Sequence record: SRR20825006_1324
DNA length: 51,896 bases
Reading direction: 5' to 3' (one strand)
This document shows positions 9,757 to 21,442 of this stretch, one piece after another (the first letter of the stretch is position 1; each line of letters opens with the position of its first letter). The notes beneath the pieces are model-generated. The model was not told the origin of the DNA, made no database searches, and saw only the letters and a program-made list of their open reading frames with translations. Made by a program: the position numbers and the translations under genes.

Positions 9757-10449
9757 TTAGTTTTTGTTTGGTTTCGGAAAGGTTTCCTCAAGTATTACTT
9801 TGCCATTTTTATAGTATTTCCAAAGTCCGTGTTTTTTGTCGTCCTTATAGAATCCTTCAATAATAACATTGCCATAGGCATCGTAATAAAAGGCAGAACC
9901 TTGAAGTTGGTCTTCTTTGTAAAATAATTTTTTTAAAACAACACCTTCAGGTGAATAGTAGATGTTTTCACCTTCTTTTACACCGTTTTTGTAAAGTATT
10001 TCTTCTGTAATTTTTCCGTCAGGATAATATGTTGTTGCTTTTCCTTCAAGCTTTCCGTTGCTGTAATTTTCTAGGGTCATTACATTTTTGGAATCTTTAT
10101 GATAGTAAACCCAGGTTCCAATTCGGTCTTTGTCCTTCATTTTTCCTTCACTAACAAGTTTTCCCTTATTTGTGAAGTACTTTACGTCTGCTACAGCATC
10201 TTTACCATTATATTTTTTGGTAACTGTAGGAATATCTTTACAGGTTTCGCAATAAAATTTGAATTCACCTATTTCTTTTCCATGATCAAATGTACCTTCA
10301 TAACGAAGTTGATCAGTGCCTTCATAGGTTTTTTTCCATACACCATGACGGTTGCCATTAGCATCCAATTGGTTTATTTCAGATTGAGAAAAAGCTTTGC
10401 CGAAGCAGAATATTATTCCGAAGAAAAAAAATATAGCTGTTTTTTTCAT
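9757..10449 (-). CDS. Exported MORN-variant repeat protein (often labelled YwqK-family antitoxin)
   Basis: Signal peptide followed by repeated GxWxxYY/EGxYxxG units. Confidence 0.8.
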   Translation of the reverse strand: MKKTAIFFFFGIIFCFGKAFSQSEINQLDANGNRHGVWKKTYEGTDQLRYEGTFDHGKEIGEFKFYCETCKDIPTVTKKYNGKDAVADVKYFTNKGKLVSEGKMKDKDRIGTWVYYHKDSKNVMTLENYSNGKLEGKATTYYPDGKITEEILYKNGVKEGENIYYSPEGVVLKKLFYKEDQLQGSAFYYDAYGNVIIEGFYKDDKKHGLWKYYKNGKVILEETFPKPNKN

Positions 10450-10494
10450 TGCGTTATTTCATTTGCTTAAAAAGTAAACGCTAAAATTTAGATT

Positions 10495-12381
10495 CTATTT
10501 TTTACCTGCTTTTTTTTGCTGTTCTGCTTGTTCCATCATTTCAGCCATTTTTCGTTGAAACTTGTTTTGTTTCTTAGGCTGCGCTTTTTTCACTTGAATT
10601 TTTGCGTGAATTTTGTCTTCATCAATAATGAAATTTTTAATTACTAGCATAATTCCGATAGTAATTAAGTTTGAAACAAAATAGTATAATGAAAGTCCAC
10701 TCGCGTAGTTGTTGAAGAACACCAACATAAACAAGGGTGAAAGGTACATTATAAACTTCATGTTTGGCATTCCTGGTTGTTGCTGTTGCTGCATGGTTTG
10801 TGCAGTCGTCATCATCATATAAATGAAGATGGCGATAGATGCTAAAATTGGGAATAAACTAACGTGGTCACCATAAAATGGAATGTGGAAAGGTAGTTCA
10901 GCTATAGTGTCATAACTTGAAAGATCTTCTGCCCATAAAAAGCTTTTCTGACGTAAATCGAAAGCGGAAGGGAAAAATGTAAAGAGCGCATAAAAGACTG
11001 GAATTTGCAAAATTGCGGGTAAACAACCTTTTAGCGGACTGGCACCAGCAGAGTTCTGCAACTTCATTGTTTCCTGCTGAATCTTCAGTTTATTGTCTTT
11101 GTACTTCTCTTTTATTTCATCCATTTCAGGCTTTAAAACCTTCATTTTGGCTTGTGCCAAATACTGTTTGTATTGAACTGGTGAAAGCAATAACTTTATC
11201 AAAATAGTTAAAACAATAATTGCGATTCCAGCGGGTAAAAAATCACTTAATAAAGCGAATAATGGAATAATAATATATTTATTTATTAGGCCAAAAATTC
11301 CCCAACCTAATGGCATTGCTTCATCCAGATTACGATCGTATTTTTTAAATATTTGATAATCTGAAGGCCCATAATACATATTCATAGTATAGGCAATTGC
11401 ACCACCTTTTGGCTCTAAAAGCATCTTTGCACCGTATTGTTTGGTGAAGGTTGTGTCTATTTCCTCATCCTTTACTAAGTCTACAGAGGTAAGTTTTACT
11501 TCCTTGAACGGAGTATCAGTAAGTAGCATAGAGCTGAAGAAATGCTGACGGAAGTTCATCCAAGTAACGTCTTTTTCTAATTCTTCATCTTCACTGGTAG
11601 GTGAAAGCTTTGAGTGTTTTTCACCATCATATTCATAGGTTAGGCGCGAATATCGATTTTCATATGAAATACTTTTTGCATGGCGATACCCTTTAAGATT
11701 CCAGTCTAAATAAATTGGTTGCGTAGTATTTAAAATACCATCTAGCCCCTGACTCGTAATACTAAAATCCATCATATATTCACCTGGATGCAATGAATAA
11801 CGATATTCAATAAAGCCACTTTCTGAAGTTTTAAGTTTCATGGAAAGTACTTGCTCTTCACCATTTCTACTTAAAGTTGGTTCAAAAAATAGGTCTTGTG
11901 AATTTAAATTTCTGTTTTCAGCAGAAAATTCAAGATTTAATGAAGCGTTTCCGTCTTTAATTAAATAAACAGGAACGGAATCGTATTTAGTGAAATTCTT
12001 TAAAAGTGCTTCGGTTATATAACCACCTTTATTGCTTATTGTAAGTTTAAGAACATCGTTTTCCAAAACGGTTATTACATCGTTTGCAGAAGGAAGTGTT
12101 CCAGAATATGCAAATGAACCGAGTTTGTTTTTTAACTGTTCTAAAGCTAATGAATCACCTGGTTTTACAGCCTCTAAAGTATCAGAAGTTGCTTGAGCTA
12201 AGCTTATATCTTGCTTGCTTTTTTCGTTCGCAGCCTTTTCTTGTGCGGCAGCTTCTGTTTTTGCCTTTTCTGCTTGAAGTTCTTCTTCGCTAGGCTTGTT
12301 TAGGTAAAGCATCCATATTAGGATTCCACCAATTAATAAAAAACCTATAAGCGAGTTTAAATCGAATTTCTTTTGTTCCAT
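10495..12381 (-). CDS. yidC: Membrane protein insertase
   Basis: N-terminal TM, large periplasmic domain, and core motifs GCLP...QIPVF, FLWAEDLS and GLSLYY. Confidence 0.97.
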   Translation of the reverse strand: MEQKKFDLNSLIGFLLIGGILIWMLYLNKPSEEELQAEKAKTEAAAQEKAANEKSKQDISLAQATSDTLEAVKPGDSLALEQLKNKLGSFAYSGTLPSANDVITVLENDVLKLTISNKGGYITEALLKNFTKYDSVPVYLIKDGNASLNLEFSAENRNLNSQDLFFEPTLSRNGEEQVLSMKLKTSESGFIEYRYSLHPGEYMMDFSITSQGLDGILNTTQPIYLDWNLKGYRHAKSISYENRYSRLTYEYDGEKHSKLSPTSEDEELEKDVTWMNFRQHFFSSMLLTDTPFKEVKLTSVDLVKDEEIDTTFTKQYGAKMLLEPKGGAIAYTMNMYYGPSDYQIFKKYDRNLDEAMPLGWGIFGLINKYIIIPLFALLSDFLPAGIAIIVLTILIKLLLSPVQYKQYLAQAKMKVLKPEMDEIKEKYKDNKLKIQQETMKLQNSAGASPLKGCLPAILQIPVFYALFTFFPSAFDLRQKSFLWAEDLSSYDTIAELPFHIPFYGDHVSLFPILASIAIFIYMMMTTAQTMQQQQQPGMPNMKFIMYLSPLFMLVFFNNYASGLSLYYFVSNLITIGIMLVIKNFIIDEDKIHAKIQVKKAQPKKQNKFQRKMAEMMEQAEQQKKAGKK

Positions 12382-12512
12382 ATTCAGCCGCAGACTTGTT
12401 CCACGATCGTTTTAATGATTTTCGAAAATATTTTTCGAAATGATTAGTTTGTAATTTATTTCATCTTCCCAAAGCAACAATAAAGCCTAGTTTGAGATTC
12501 CGCCAAATTGTC

Positions 12513-14177
<1,665 letters not shown>

Positions 14178-14245
14178 TTATTGTGGAAAGCAGGAAAAAG
14201 ATAATGGTTAATTGTTGCGGTTTAACTTATATGAATAAAAAAACT

Positions 14246-14896
14246 TTAGGTAGAAAGTTTTTGGGCCACAATTAGTGTATTTGTACCATTCACTTTTTCC
14301 TCAACATGGAATTTAAAATTACTTCCAAAATTTGTAAGAATATTTTCAGTGTTTTTTGAATCCTTTTCGAGATTAACACCAACATTAAAAATTAAAAATC
14401 CATTTTTTTGAAGTAATTGTGAAGTGTTTCTACAGAATTCTTTTTCATAAAAAATAGGAGGCACGTTGATGTCAATAAAAAGGTCGACAACTATAAGTTG
14501 AAATTTTTCTTTGGAAGTATTTACATATTGAAACGCATCTCCTTCTATAATTTGAAGGTTTTCTGAAGTACCAATTCCAAATTCTTCTTTAGCCAGTTTT
14601 ATAATTTCTGAATCAATTTCAACTGCAACTATGTTTTTTTTATATTCAAATGTCTCTCGAAGCGATTTAATAATACTGCCGCCACCCATTCCTAAAACCA
14701 ATACGTTTTTTGTGTTTTTTAAATCAATTTTTGTGAGCCCAATTTCAAGTATTTTTTGAAGAGATCCGTAGGAGTAGTTAGCGTTTTCAGTGTCTAAAAC
14801 TTTTTTTCCATTGCTATACGTAACTTCCAAAGTGCCATTAATTTCAGATGAAAAACGTCGGGTAGTTGGCCATATATAGCTTAGAATTTTTTTCAT
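14246..14896 (-). CDS. Class I SAM-dependent methyltransferase, spermidine-synthase-like
   Basis: VLVLGMGGGS, VAVEID, GDAF and IVVDLF motifs. ATG 14896 (MKKILSY) preferred over TTG 14929. Confidence 0.8.
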   Translation of the reverse strand: MKKILSYIWPTTRRFSSEINGTLEVTYSNGKKVLDTENANYSYGSLQKILEIGLTKIDLKNTKNVLVLGMGGGSIIKSLRETFEYKKNIVAVEIDSEIIKLAKEEFGIGTSENLQIIEGDAFQYVNTSKEKFQLIVVDLFIDINVPPIFYEKEFCRNTSQLLQKNGFLIFNVGVNLEKDSKNTENILTNFGSNFKFHVEEKVNGTNTLIVAQKLST

Positions 14897-14931
14897 TCTG
14901 GTTTTTTTACCGTTCCCTGCAACAGCCAACG

Positions 14932-15171
14932 CTACTTTTTTATTAGTTTTTTCAATAAACCTTCAAGTCCGTTTAATTTTAACTCATACATTTCATGCAT
15001 CATTCGGCCTAGTTTTCCTTCTGGAAATCCTTTCTGCTTAAACCATACAAAATAGTATTCAGGAATATTGGCCAAATAATATCCTTCGTATTTTCCGAAA
15101 GGCATCTTGTAGTTTGCCAATTCAATTAAGTGGTTTGGGTCGGGGTTACTTCCAAGATTCATATTCGGCAA
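14932..15171 (-). CDS. DUF3820 family small protein
   Basis: MPFGKY...PEYYFVWF..KGFPEGKLG...ELKLNGLE signature. Confidence 0.88.
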   Translation of the reverse strand: MPNMNLGSNPDPNHLIELANYKMPFGKYEGYYLANIPEYYFVWFKQKGFPEGKLGRMMHEMYELKLNGLEGLLKKLIKK

Positions 15172-15676
15172 GTTGTTGGGCTATGTGTTTTTCCCATTCA
15201 ATTTCTTTTTCTTCTACACGAGAATGATCTGTTTCAGCATCAAATTTATTTTGCATTGCCCGTCTTTTTTGCTCTACCGCATTATAAATACGTTCAATTT
15301 CAGATTTTATCTTTTTTGAAAACTTTTTTCCTTCAAGATTTTTACGAAGCATGCGTGCATGAAGTTCTGAAATATCAAAATGTGCTTGTTCGTGTCCTAA
15401 TATATAAGGAGTAACTTTTCCAGGAATGTACCAAGAGCCGTCGGGCTTAAAAAAACTCTCTACGGAATAGGTGACCTCCATTTCCCCATTTTTGATAGAA
15501 TACGAGTACTGAAAGCTAATTCCAGTATTGGTGCTCGCTACAAAACCTGCGCTTAGCACTGGTTTTCCTTGGAAATCTTCCCAAGTGAGTTTTTGGTTTT
15601 CTTTCCAAAGAATTTTTTCAGTATCATTTTCAGAAGCTGAAATAAAAATAAATAAAAAGGCGAGTAGTAATTTCAT
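15146..15676 (-). CDS. DUF922-family predicted secreted zinc protease
   Basis: Signal peptide, LTWEDFQG and HEQAHFDISE (HExxH...E). Confidence 0.8.
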   Translation of the reverse strand: MKLLLAFLFIFISASENDTEKILWKENQKLTWEDFQGKPVLSAGFVASTNTGISFQYSYSIKNGEMEVTYSVESFFKPDGSWYIPGKVTPYILGHEQAHFDISELHARMLRKNLEGKKFSKKIKSEIERIYNAVEQKRRAMQNKFDAETDHSRVEEKEIEWEKHIAQQLAEYESWK

Positions 15677-15768
15677 AGCTTTTGAAAATCAAAATAATAA
15701 CTAAGTTTTCAAGCTAAAATAATAAAAATACTTAGTTGGGCTATATCATTAAAATGTAATTCGTGTTT

Positions 15769-16173
15769 TTAACCCCAATTAAAAACCACATCCTTTTCAA
15801 TATCAGGATGCAGACTATAATGCACAGGGCAGGTGTTTGCAGTATTTTCAAGTATTTTTCTCGATTTTGCATCTATTCCTGCAGGAAAATTAAAAACAAC
15901 CTCAATTTTTGAAATTCTCCTTGGTTCTGAAGCCATTGTTTTTGTTACCACTGCAGTAGTACCATCCATATTTACTTGCATATTCTGGGCTTTTATACCC
16001 ATAACAGTTAGCATGCAATTGGCAAGACCCGTGGCAACAGTATCGGTTGGTGAAAAAGCTTCACCTTTTCCATTATTATCTGTTGGCGCATCTGTAATAA
16101 ATTTATTTCCAGATTTTAGGTGTTCGTTTTCTGTGCGTAGATTTCCTAAATATGTAACTTTTGCTGTGCTCAT
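15769..16173 (-). CDS. OsmC family protein
   Basis: TDAP.DN.GKGEAFSPTD motif and two conserved Cys (LANC, TCPV). ATGA overlap with the upstream stop. Confidence 0.9.
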   Translation of the reverse strand: MSTAKVTYLGNLRTENEHLKSGNKFITDAPTDNNGKGEAFSPTDTVATGLANCMLTVMGIKAQNMQVNMDGTTAVVTKTMASEPRRISKIEVVFNFPAGIDAKSRKILENTANTCPVHYSLHPDIEKDVVFNWG

Positions 16174-18107
16174 TCTACTACTTCAAATTTAAGGTCGTTA
16201 TTGTACTTTAGTATATAAGCTGCTTCGTTAGAGTAGCCTTCGGAATTAGTTTTTTGATAACGGAATTTATTTTCAATATAAACCGTTTCGTTTTCGGGCA
16301 TTATGGCATCGTAAATATCTTTTTCTGATGCCAAACGTAAAAGCACATCATACGTTACATCAAAACCGCGAATGGCATATCTGTTTGGTAAAACCCCGTA
16401 CTTATTTTTGTAACTAATTAAAAATGGATTGCGATCATCTTCAGAAATATTTCTATTTACCGATGGAAACGTAAAATTTAATTTAGCCAAACGTCTGCTT
16501 GAAACTTCGTGCCACTCATACGCTTCATTTCTATCTAATGTAAATAAGCGAATTTTATAACTAGCAGGCATTGCAGCAAGAACATTTACCGCGCTACTTA
16601 CCAACACAGGGTTTGTAGATTCTAAAATCACCCAATTGTCCATTGTTGCTGATGCTACAGCAGTAATCCCGCTAGCTTGTATGTAGCCACCTTCACGAGG
16701 AGTAATAGTTTTTGCTGAAGGAATAGCGGTTTGAATCATTGCACGTTGTTTCTGGCTTTTTGAATCTGAAATAATAATAATGTTTTTCCCAGGAGCATGT
16801 TCTTTTAAAAAGCGAATCATCGTTTTTTGAAGAACAGCATCTGTAGGAAGTGTTTGGAAAAGATTATCATTCATAGCCATTTCTCGATTGCTCAAAGGAG
16901 AAAAAACTGGAATTTCATCCTTTTTTAGCATAGCGGAAGCTTTTTCAACATTTTTTTGAAGTAATGGTCCAATAACCGCATCCACATTTTTAAATTCACT
17001 TCCCGAAATGATTGAAGCTACTTTGCTTTCGCTTTTTTCGGTGTCATATACATTCAATGTAACAGAAATTCCTTTGTCTTTTGCAAATTCAGCAGCCATG
17101 AGTGCGCCGCTATAAAAATCTAAAGACATACGGAGGGTTGGGTCCTTTTTCAATAAATCTTGGTCGTTACTGGTTGAATCTGTTACGCTACGCACCAATC
17201 TAAAAGGCAGCATCATAGCAATGGTTTTCATTTTTTTGTTGTCTATTCTATTTTCTAGATCAACTACTGAAATACCTTCTTCTGAAATTAAAACCCCTTC
17301 TTTTGGTAACTTTAAAATCATCCCAACTTTTAAACCATCTTTGGCATAAGGATTCAGGGCTATTATTTCTTCTTCTGAAAGGCCAAATTTTGTTTTCAAT
17401 CTATAAAACCCTTCTTTAGGTTTCACTTCGTAATATTGAAAATTTTCATCGTCAATTTCTGCATTTTCAATTATTGTTTTGTCTGGAACAACAAGAGATG
17501 CACCAATAGCAAGGTTTTCGCCCATTTCTGGATTTAAACTTTCCAATTCGGCAATTGAAATTCCAAATTTTCGGGCAATTCCGTATTTGGTTTCTTTTGC
17601 TTGTACTGTGTATTTTTGAGTGCCAGGTAATGTGCTGCCAATTTCTGTAGAACTAGTAGTTCCTGTTGTAGCGGATGTATTAGGAATTAATAATCGCTCT
17701 CCTTTTTTAGGGTCGCGGGAATACAAGTCTTTATTTAGCTTTTTAATAGCATCAATACTAACGTTGTATTTTTGTGCAATTCCGTATAAAGTTTCCTTTC
17801 TTCTTACTTTATGCTCGCGGAAATTATTATTATTTGTTCCAGAGCTTATTAAATTAGTTGAAGGAATTATTAGAACACTATTTACTTTCAGTCCATTTTT
17901 TGCATCTGGATTGAGATTGTATATTGTTTCTTCAGAAATATTATATTCTTTAGCAATACTATAAACCGTTTCGCCTTTTTGAACAGCGTGACTTTTATAT
18001 TGTTGCTGTGCCACAGAGCCACAGCTAATAGTGAAAAGCAGGATCACAGTAACGTAGCTGAAATACTTCAACATAGCGATAATCGATTTTTTAGATTTGT
18101 TAAACAT
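16170..18107 (-). CDS. Four-LysM peptidoglycan-binding protein with C-terminal type 1 periplasmic-binding-protein fold; possible lipoprotein
   Basis: Four LysM repeats (HAVQKGETVYSIA, HKVRRKETLYGIA, YTVQAKETKYGIA, YEVKPKEGFYRL), IAMMLPF, VIGPL, and possible lipobox TISC. Start may be 18074. Confidence 0.85.
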   Translation of the reverse strand: MFNKSKKSIIAMLKYFSYVTVILLFTISCGSVAQQQYKSHAVQKGETVYSIAKEYNISEETIYNLNPDAKNGLKVNSVLIIPSTNLISSGTNNNNFREHKVRRKETLYGIAQKYNVSIDAIKKLNKDLYSRDPKKGERLLIPNTSATTGTTSSTEIGSTLPGTQKYTVQAKETKYGIARKFGISIAELESLNPEMGENLAIGASLVVPDKTIIENAEIDDENFQYYEVKPKEGFYRLKTKFGLSEEEIIALNPYAKDGLKVGMILKLPKEGVLISEEGISVVDLENRIDNKKMKTIAMMLPFRLVRSVTDSTSNDQDLLKKDPTLRMSLDFYSGALMAAEFAKDKGISVTLNVYDTEKSESKVASIISGSEFKNVDAVIGPLLQKNVEKASAMLKKDEIPVFSPLSNREMAMNDNLFQTLPTDAVLQKTMIRFLKEHAPGKNIIIISDSKSQKQRAMIQTAIPSAKTITPREGGYIQASGITAVASATMDNWVILESTNPVLVSSAVNVLAAMPASYKIRLFTLDRNEAYEWHEVSSRRLAKLNFTFPSVNRNISEDDRNPFLISYKNKYGVLPNRYAIRGFDVTYDVLLRLASEKDIYDAIMPENETVYIENKFRYQKTNSEGYSNEAAYILKYNNDLKFEVVE

Positions 18108-18125
18108 GGTCTCAAATTCAGTTAA

Positions 18126-19655
18126 TTATTCCCACTCAATGGTTGCAGGTGGCTTTGAGCTGATATCATAGACTACCCTATTAACGCCTTTAACGCGGTT
18201 TATTATATGATTGCTTACTTCTTGTAAAAATTCATAAGGAAGGTTTACCCAGTCTGCGGTCATTCCATCGGTAGATTCTACGGCTCTTAAAGCAACTACT
18301 TTTTCGTAGGTTCTTTCATCGCCCATTACTCCAACACTATTTACAGGAAGTAAAATTGCGCCTGCTTGCCATACTTTATCGTAAAGATCCCATTTTTTAA
18401 GACCGTTTATAAAGATAGCGTCAACTTCTTGTAAGATACGAACTTTTTCAGCTGTAATATCGCCCAAAATCCGAATCGCCAAGCCTGGCCCTGGAAAAGG
18501 ATGTCTGCCTAATAATTCTGGATCGATGCCCATTTCTTTTCCTACACGACGTACTTCATCTTTAAAAAGCATACGTAGTGGTTCTACAATTTTAAGCTTC
18601 ATAAAGTCTGGTAATCCACCTACATTATGGTGACTTTTTATTGTCACCGAAGGGCCGTTTACCGAAACACTTTCTATAACATCTGGGTATATTGTGCCTT
18701 GTCCAAGCCAATCTACACCTGTTAATTGATGGGCTTCATCATCAAATACTTCAATAAAAGCATTCCCGATTGCTTTACGTTTTCTTTCAGGATCACTTTC
18801 ACCTTTTAATGCTTTTAAAAAACGTTCCGAAGCATCAACGCCTTTAACGTTTAGCCCCATGTCTTTATATTGGTGAAGCACGCTTTCAAATTCATCTTTT
18901 CTAAGCAACCCATTGTTTACAAAAATGCAGTATAAATTATCTCCAATAGCTTTGTTTAAAAGAATTGCAGCCACTGTAGAATCTACACCGCCACTTAAGC
19001 CAAGTACAACTTTTCCATCGCCAATTTGCTCTTTTAAAGTGGCTACAGTTGTATCTACAAAAGCAGCAGGAGTCCAAGATTGTTCAACGCCAGAAATGTT
19101 TACAAGAAAATTCTCTAACAACTGTTTTCCGTGCGTTGTATGATAAACTTCTGGGTGAAATTGAATTGCGTAGGTTTCTTCGCCTTCAACTCTATATGCA
19201 GCATTTAGCACATCTACGGTACTTGCCAAACGAACTCCATTGGTTGGGAGTTCTGCAATAGTATCACTATGGCTCATCCAAACATTTGTGTTTTCTGGAA
19301 TATCTTTAAAGAAATCTTCCCCAGATTTTATCATGGAAAGTTTTGCCCGACCATACTCACGTATGTTTGAAGGCGCTACGCTACCACCACTAAAATGTGC
19401 TAAATATTGCGCACCATAACACACTGCTAAAAGCGGTTTATGGCCACGAATTTGTGACAAATCTGGGTGCGGAGCATCTTCAGCGCGAACGGAAAACGGA
19501 CTGCCCGAAAGTATTACGGCCTTAAAAGGCTCAAGGTTTTCTGGAATGTTATGATACGGATGAATTTCGCAGTAAATGTTCAGTTCCCGAACGCGTCTAG
19601 CGATCAATTGGGTGTACTGCGAACCAAAATCTAAAATTAGGACGTTGTTTTGCAT
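18126..19655 (-). CDS. guaA: GMP synthase (glutamine-hydrolysing)
   Basis: [33 protein letters not shown] and KPPATIEWE motifs. ATG 19655 preferred over TTG 19661. Confidence 0.99.
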   Translation of the reverse strand: MQNNVLILDFGSQYTQLIARRVRELNIYCEIHPYHNIPENLEPFKAVILSGSPFSVRAEDAPHPDLSQIRGHKPLLAVCYGAQYLAHFSGGSVAPSNIREYGRAKLSMIKSGEDFFKDIPENTNVWMSHSDTIAELPTNGVRLASTVDVLNAAYRVEGEETYAIQFHPEVYHTTHGKQLLENFLVNISGVEQSWTPAAFVDTTVATLKEQIGDGKVVLGLSGGVDSTVAAILLNKAIGDNLYCIFVNNGLLRKDEFESVLHQYKDMGLNVKGVDASERFLKALKGESDPERKRKAIGNAFIEVFDDEAHQLTGVDWLGQGTIYPDVIESVSVNGPSVTIKSHHNVGGLPDFMKLKIVEPLRMLFKDEVRRVGKEMGIDPELLGRHPFPGPGLAIRILGDITAEKVRILQEVDAIFINGLKKWDLYDKVWQAGAILLPVNSVGVMGDERTYEKVVALRAVESTDGMTADWVNLPYEFLQEVSNHIINRVKGVNRVVYDISSKPPATIEWE

Positions 19656-19658
19656 AGG

Positions 19659-19666
19659 CAAAAATA
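19659..19666 (-). promoter_or_regulatory. -7 element (TATTTTTG) only 3 nt before the guaA ATG
   Basis: Minus strand reads TATTTTTG-CCT-ATG. Confidence 0.6.
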
Positions 19667-19730
19667 CTTTAAAAAGTTAAGTTGGGTAAAAGGATATGAG
19701 GAATTTTTTTAAGTGTTTTCAACAGAAATT

Positions 19731-21326
19731 TTATAATTCTAAAACTGTGAATTTTAAGTCTAACGGATCCAAGTTTTCTTTCAATATATTCATTAAATCT
19801 TCGCCATATTCTATGTAAAACTCTGAAAAATTAAGCTTGCGTTCCTGCAAACTTTGATTCGGAAAAAGCTCGTTTTGAATAGCTTTTAAACGATCAAGTT
19901 CATTGGAAAGATTTCTTTTTTGTGCTTTTAGCAAGCGTTTCTCAAGATTATCTAGTCCATTTAATTGCTTTTTTTCTTGAGCGCCAACGGCACCTATAAA
20001 TGAAACATCTGTTTGTTTCGCTATGTCGTATAACGCTTTGAATTGTTTTTGTAAAAACTCTTTTTGGGAAGAAAAATCTATTTCAATTGTAGAAATTTCT
20101 CGAGTGTGTTTACTCATTAATTCATGTTGCTGAAGAAATAAATTTTCTAATGAAACATTTATTTTTTTAAGTTTTTCTGAAAGTATCTTAGGAATCAAAA
20201 GCACCGAATTACGGAGTAATAAAATAGGAAAAGGAACATCTATTTTATTAAAATAATCCTTCAATTGAAACCAATAAGCCAGTTCGCCACCACCGCCAAT
20301 ATAACAGAGATTTGGTAAAATCACTTCTTGATACAACGGACGAAGCAAGGCATTTGGTGAAAACTGCTGTGGATTTTCGTGCAATTCTTTTAAAATTTCT
20401 TCCTTTGAAAAAGTGAGTTCGGTTTCATTTATATAAAAGCGACCTTCTTGTTCAATAATGCGTTCGCGTAGGTTTTCTTTTAAATAAAAGAGATTTATTT
20501 CTCGCGGATGTACTTGTTCCGAAAAACCTAAATCGGTAAGTTTTTTAGTGGTTTCTGAAACTTTTTTAAAGCTAAGATTTTCTGTTAATTCCTTTTCAGC
20601 ATAGGGAATAAAACACTTTTTAAGCTCTGTATCGTTGCCGTCAACAATTACTAAACCGTGATTTTGAAAAAGTGTATTTGCCAAATATCGTGTGGCATCT
20701 GCAAGATTTTCGTGCTTTGTGTATGCTTCAGAAAAATATGAAATCAGTTTTTTGGCATTTTCACTTTCACCAAATTCTTTTTTTAATTGTTTTTCAACTT
20801 CTAGCAAACCTTCGGTGGTAATTTCACCCACGGCACCTGATACTTTTTTTTCCCAAGTTACTTTTTTTCCAAAGAGATTAAAGTAATTTATTTCTTCAAA
20901 ATCATGGTCTTCCGTCGCCATCCAATAAACTGGAACAAAATGATTTGTTTTATATTCCGAGTTTAATTTTTCGGTAAGGTTTATGGTTGAATATATTTTA
21001 TATAAAAAATACAGAGGCCCCGTAAAAAGATTGAGCTGATGCCCAGTAGTGATTGTAAAAGTTGATTTTTCCTTTAAAAGATCAATATTACTTAGTGTAG
21101 CTTGTGAAAGTGGATTGTCTCCATAATGAAACAGAATCCGTTTTGCTAATAAATGCCTTTTATCATCTGTAAAGTTTTTCTGTTTTTCCTGAAGTTGATA
21201 CTTAAAGTTTTCCAAGTTAGGAAAACGATTGTAAAACGGTTTTATAAGTTCATTTTCAGCAAGATAATCGCAAATAAGTTTTGAGAAATACCCTGTTTTA
21301 ATATATTGAAGCGAATGATTTGGCAT
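19731..21326 (-). CDS. bshC: Bacillithiol biosynthesis cysteine-adding enzyme
   Basis: TTGHQLNLFTGPLY, YWMATEDHDFEEIN, FSPNALLRPLYQE, YIGGGGELAYW and LQER motifs. Confidence 0.95.
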   Translation of the reverse strand: MPNHSLQYIKTGYFSKLICDYLAENELIKPFYNRFPNLENFKYQLQEKQKNFTDDKRHLLAKRILFHYGDNPLSQATLSNIDLLKEKSTFTITTGHQLNLFTGPLYFLYKIYSTINLTEKLNSEYKTNHFVPVYWMATEDHDFEEINYFNLFGKKVTWEKKVSGAVGEITTEGLLEVEKQLKKEFGESENAKKLISYFSEAYTKHENLADATRYLANTLFQNHGLVIVDGNDTELKKCFIPYAEKELTENLSFKKVSETTKKLTDLGFSEQVHPREINLFYLKENLRERIIEQEGRFYINETELTFSKEEILKELHENPQQFSPNALLRPLYQEVILPNLCYIGGGGELAYWFQLKDYFNKIDVPFPILLLRNSVLLIPKILSEKLKKINVSLENLFLQQHELMSKHTREISTIEIDFSSQKEFLQKQFKALYDIAKQTDVSFIGAVGAQEKKQLNGLDNLEKRLLKAQKRNLSNELDRLKAIQNELFPNQSLQERKLNFSEFYIEYGEDLMNILKENLDPLDLKFTVLEL

Positions 21327-21434
21327 AGGTTTTTAGAAAATTGAAACAAAAATAACCGTTTTAAATTGGCTGTAGGTTTAAAGATACGTTAATCTTGAAA
21401 TTTTGATAAAAAAGCGGGGTTATAAAACATTATT

Positions 21435-21442
21435 TATTTTTG
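21435..21442 (+). promoter_or_regulatory. -7 element (TATTTTTG) for the M14 peptidase
   Basis: TAnnTTTG in the divergent bshC/M14 intergenic region. Confidence 0.5.

Noticed and set aside
9757-10449. Toxin-antitoxin system from the YwqK label
   Set aside because: No toxin neighbour; the protein is exported and sits among core genes.
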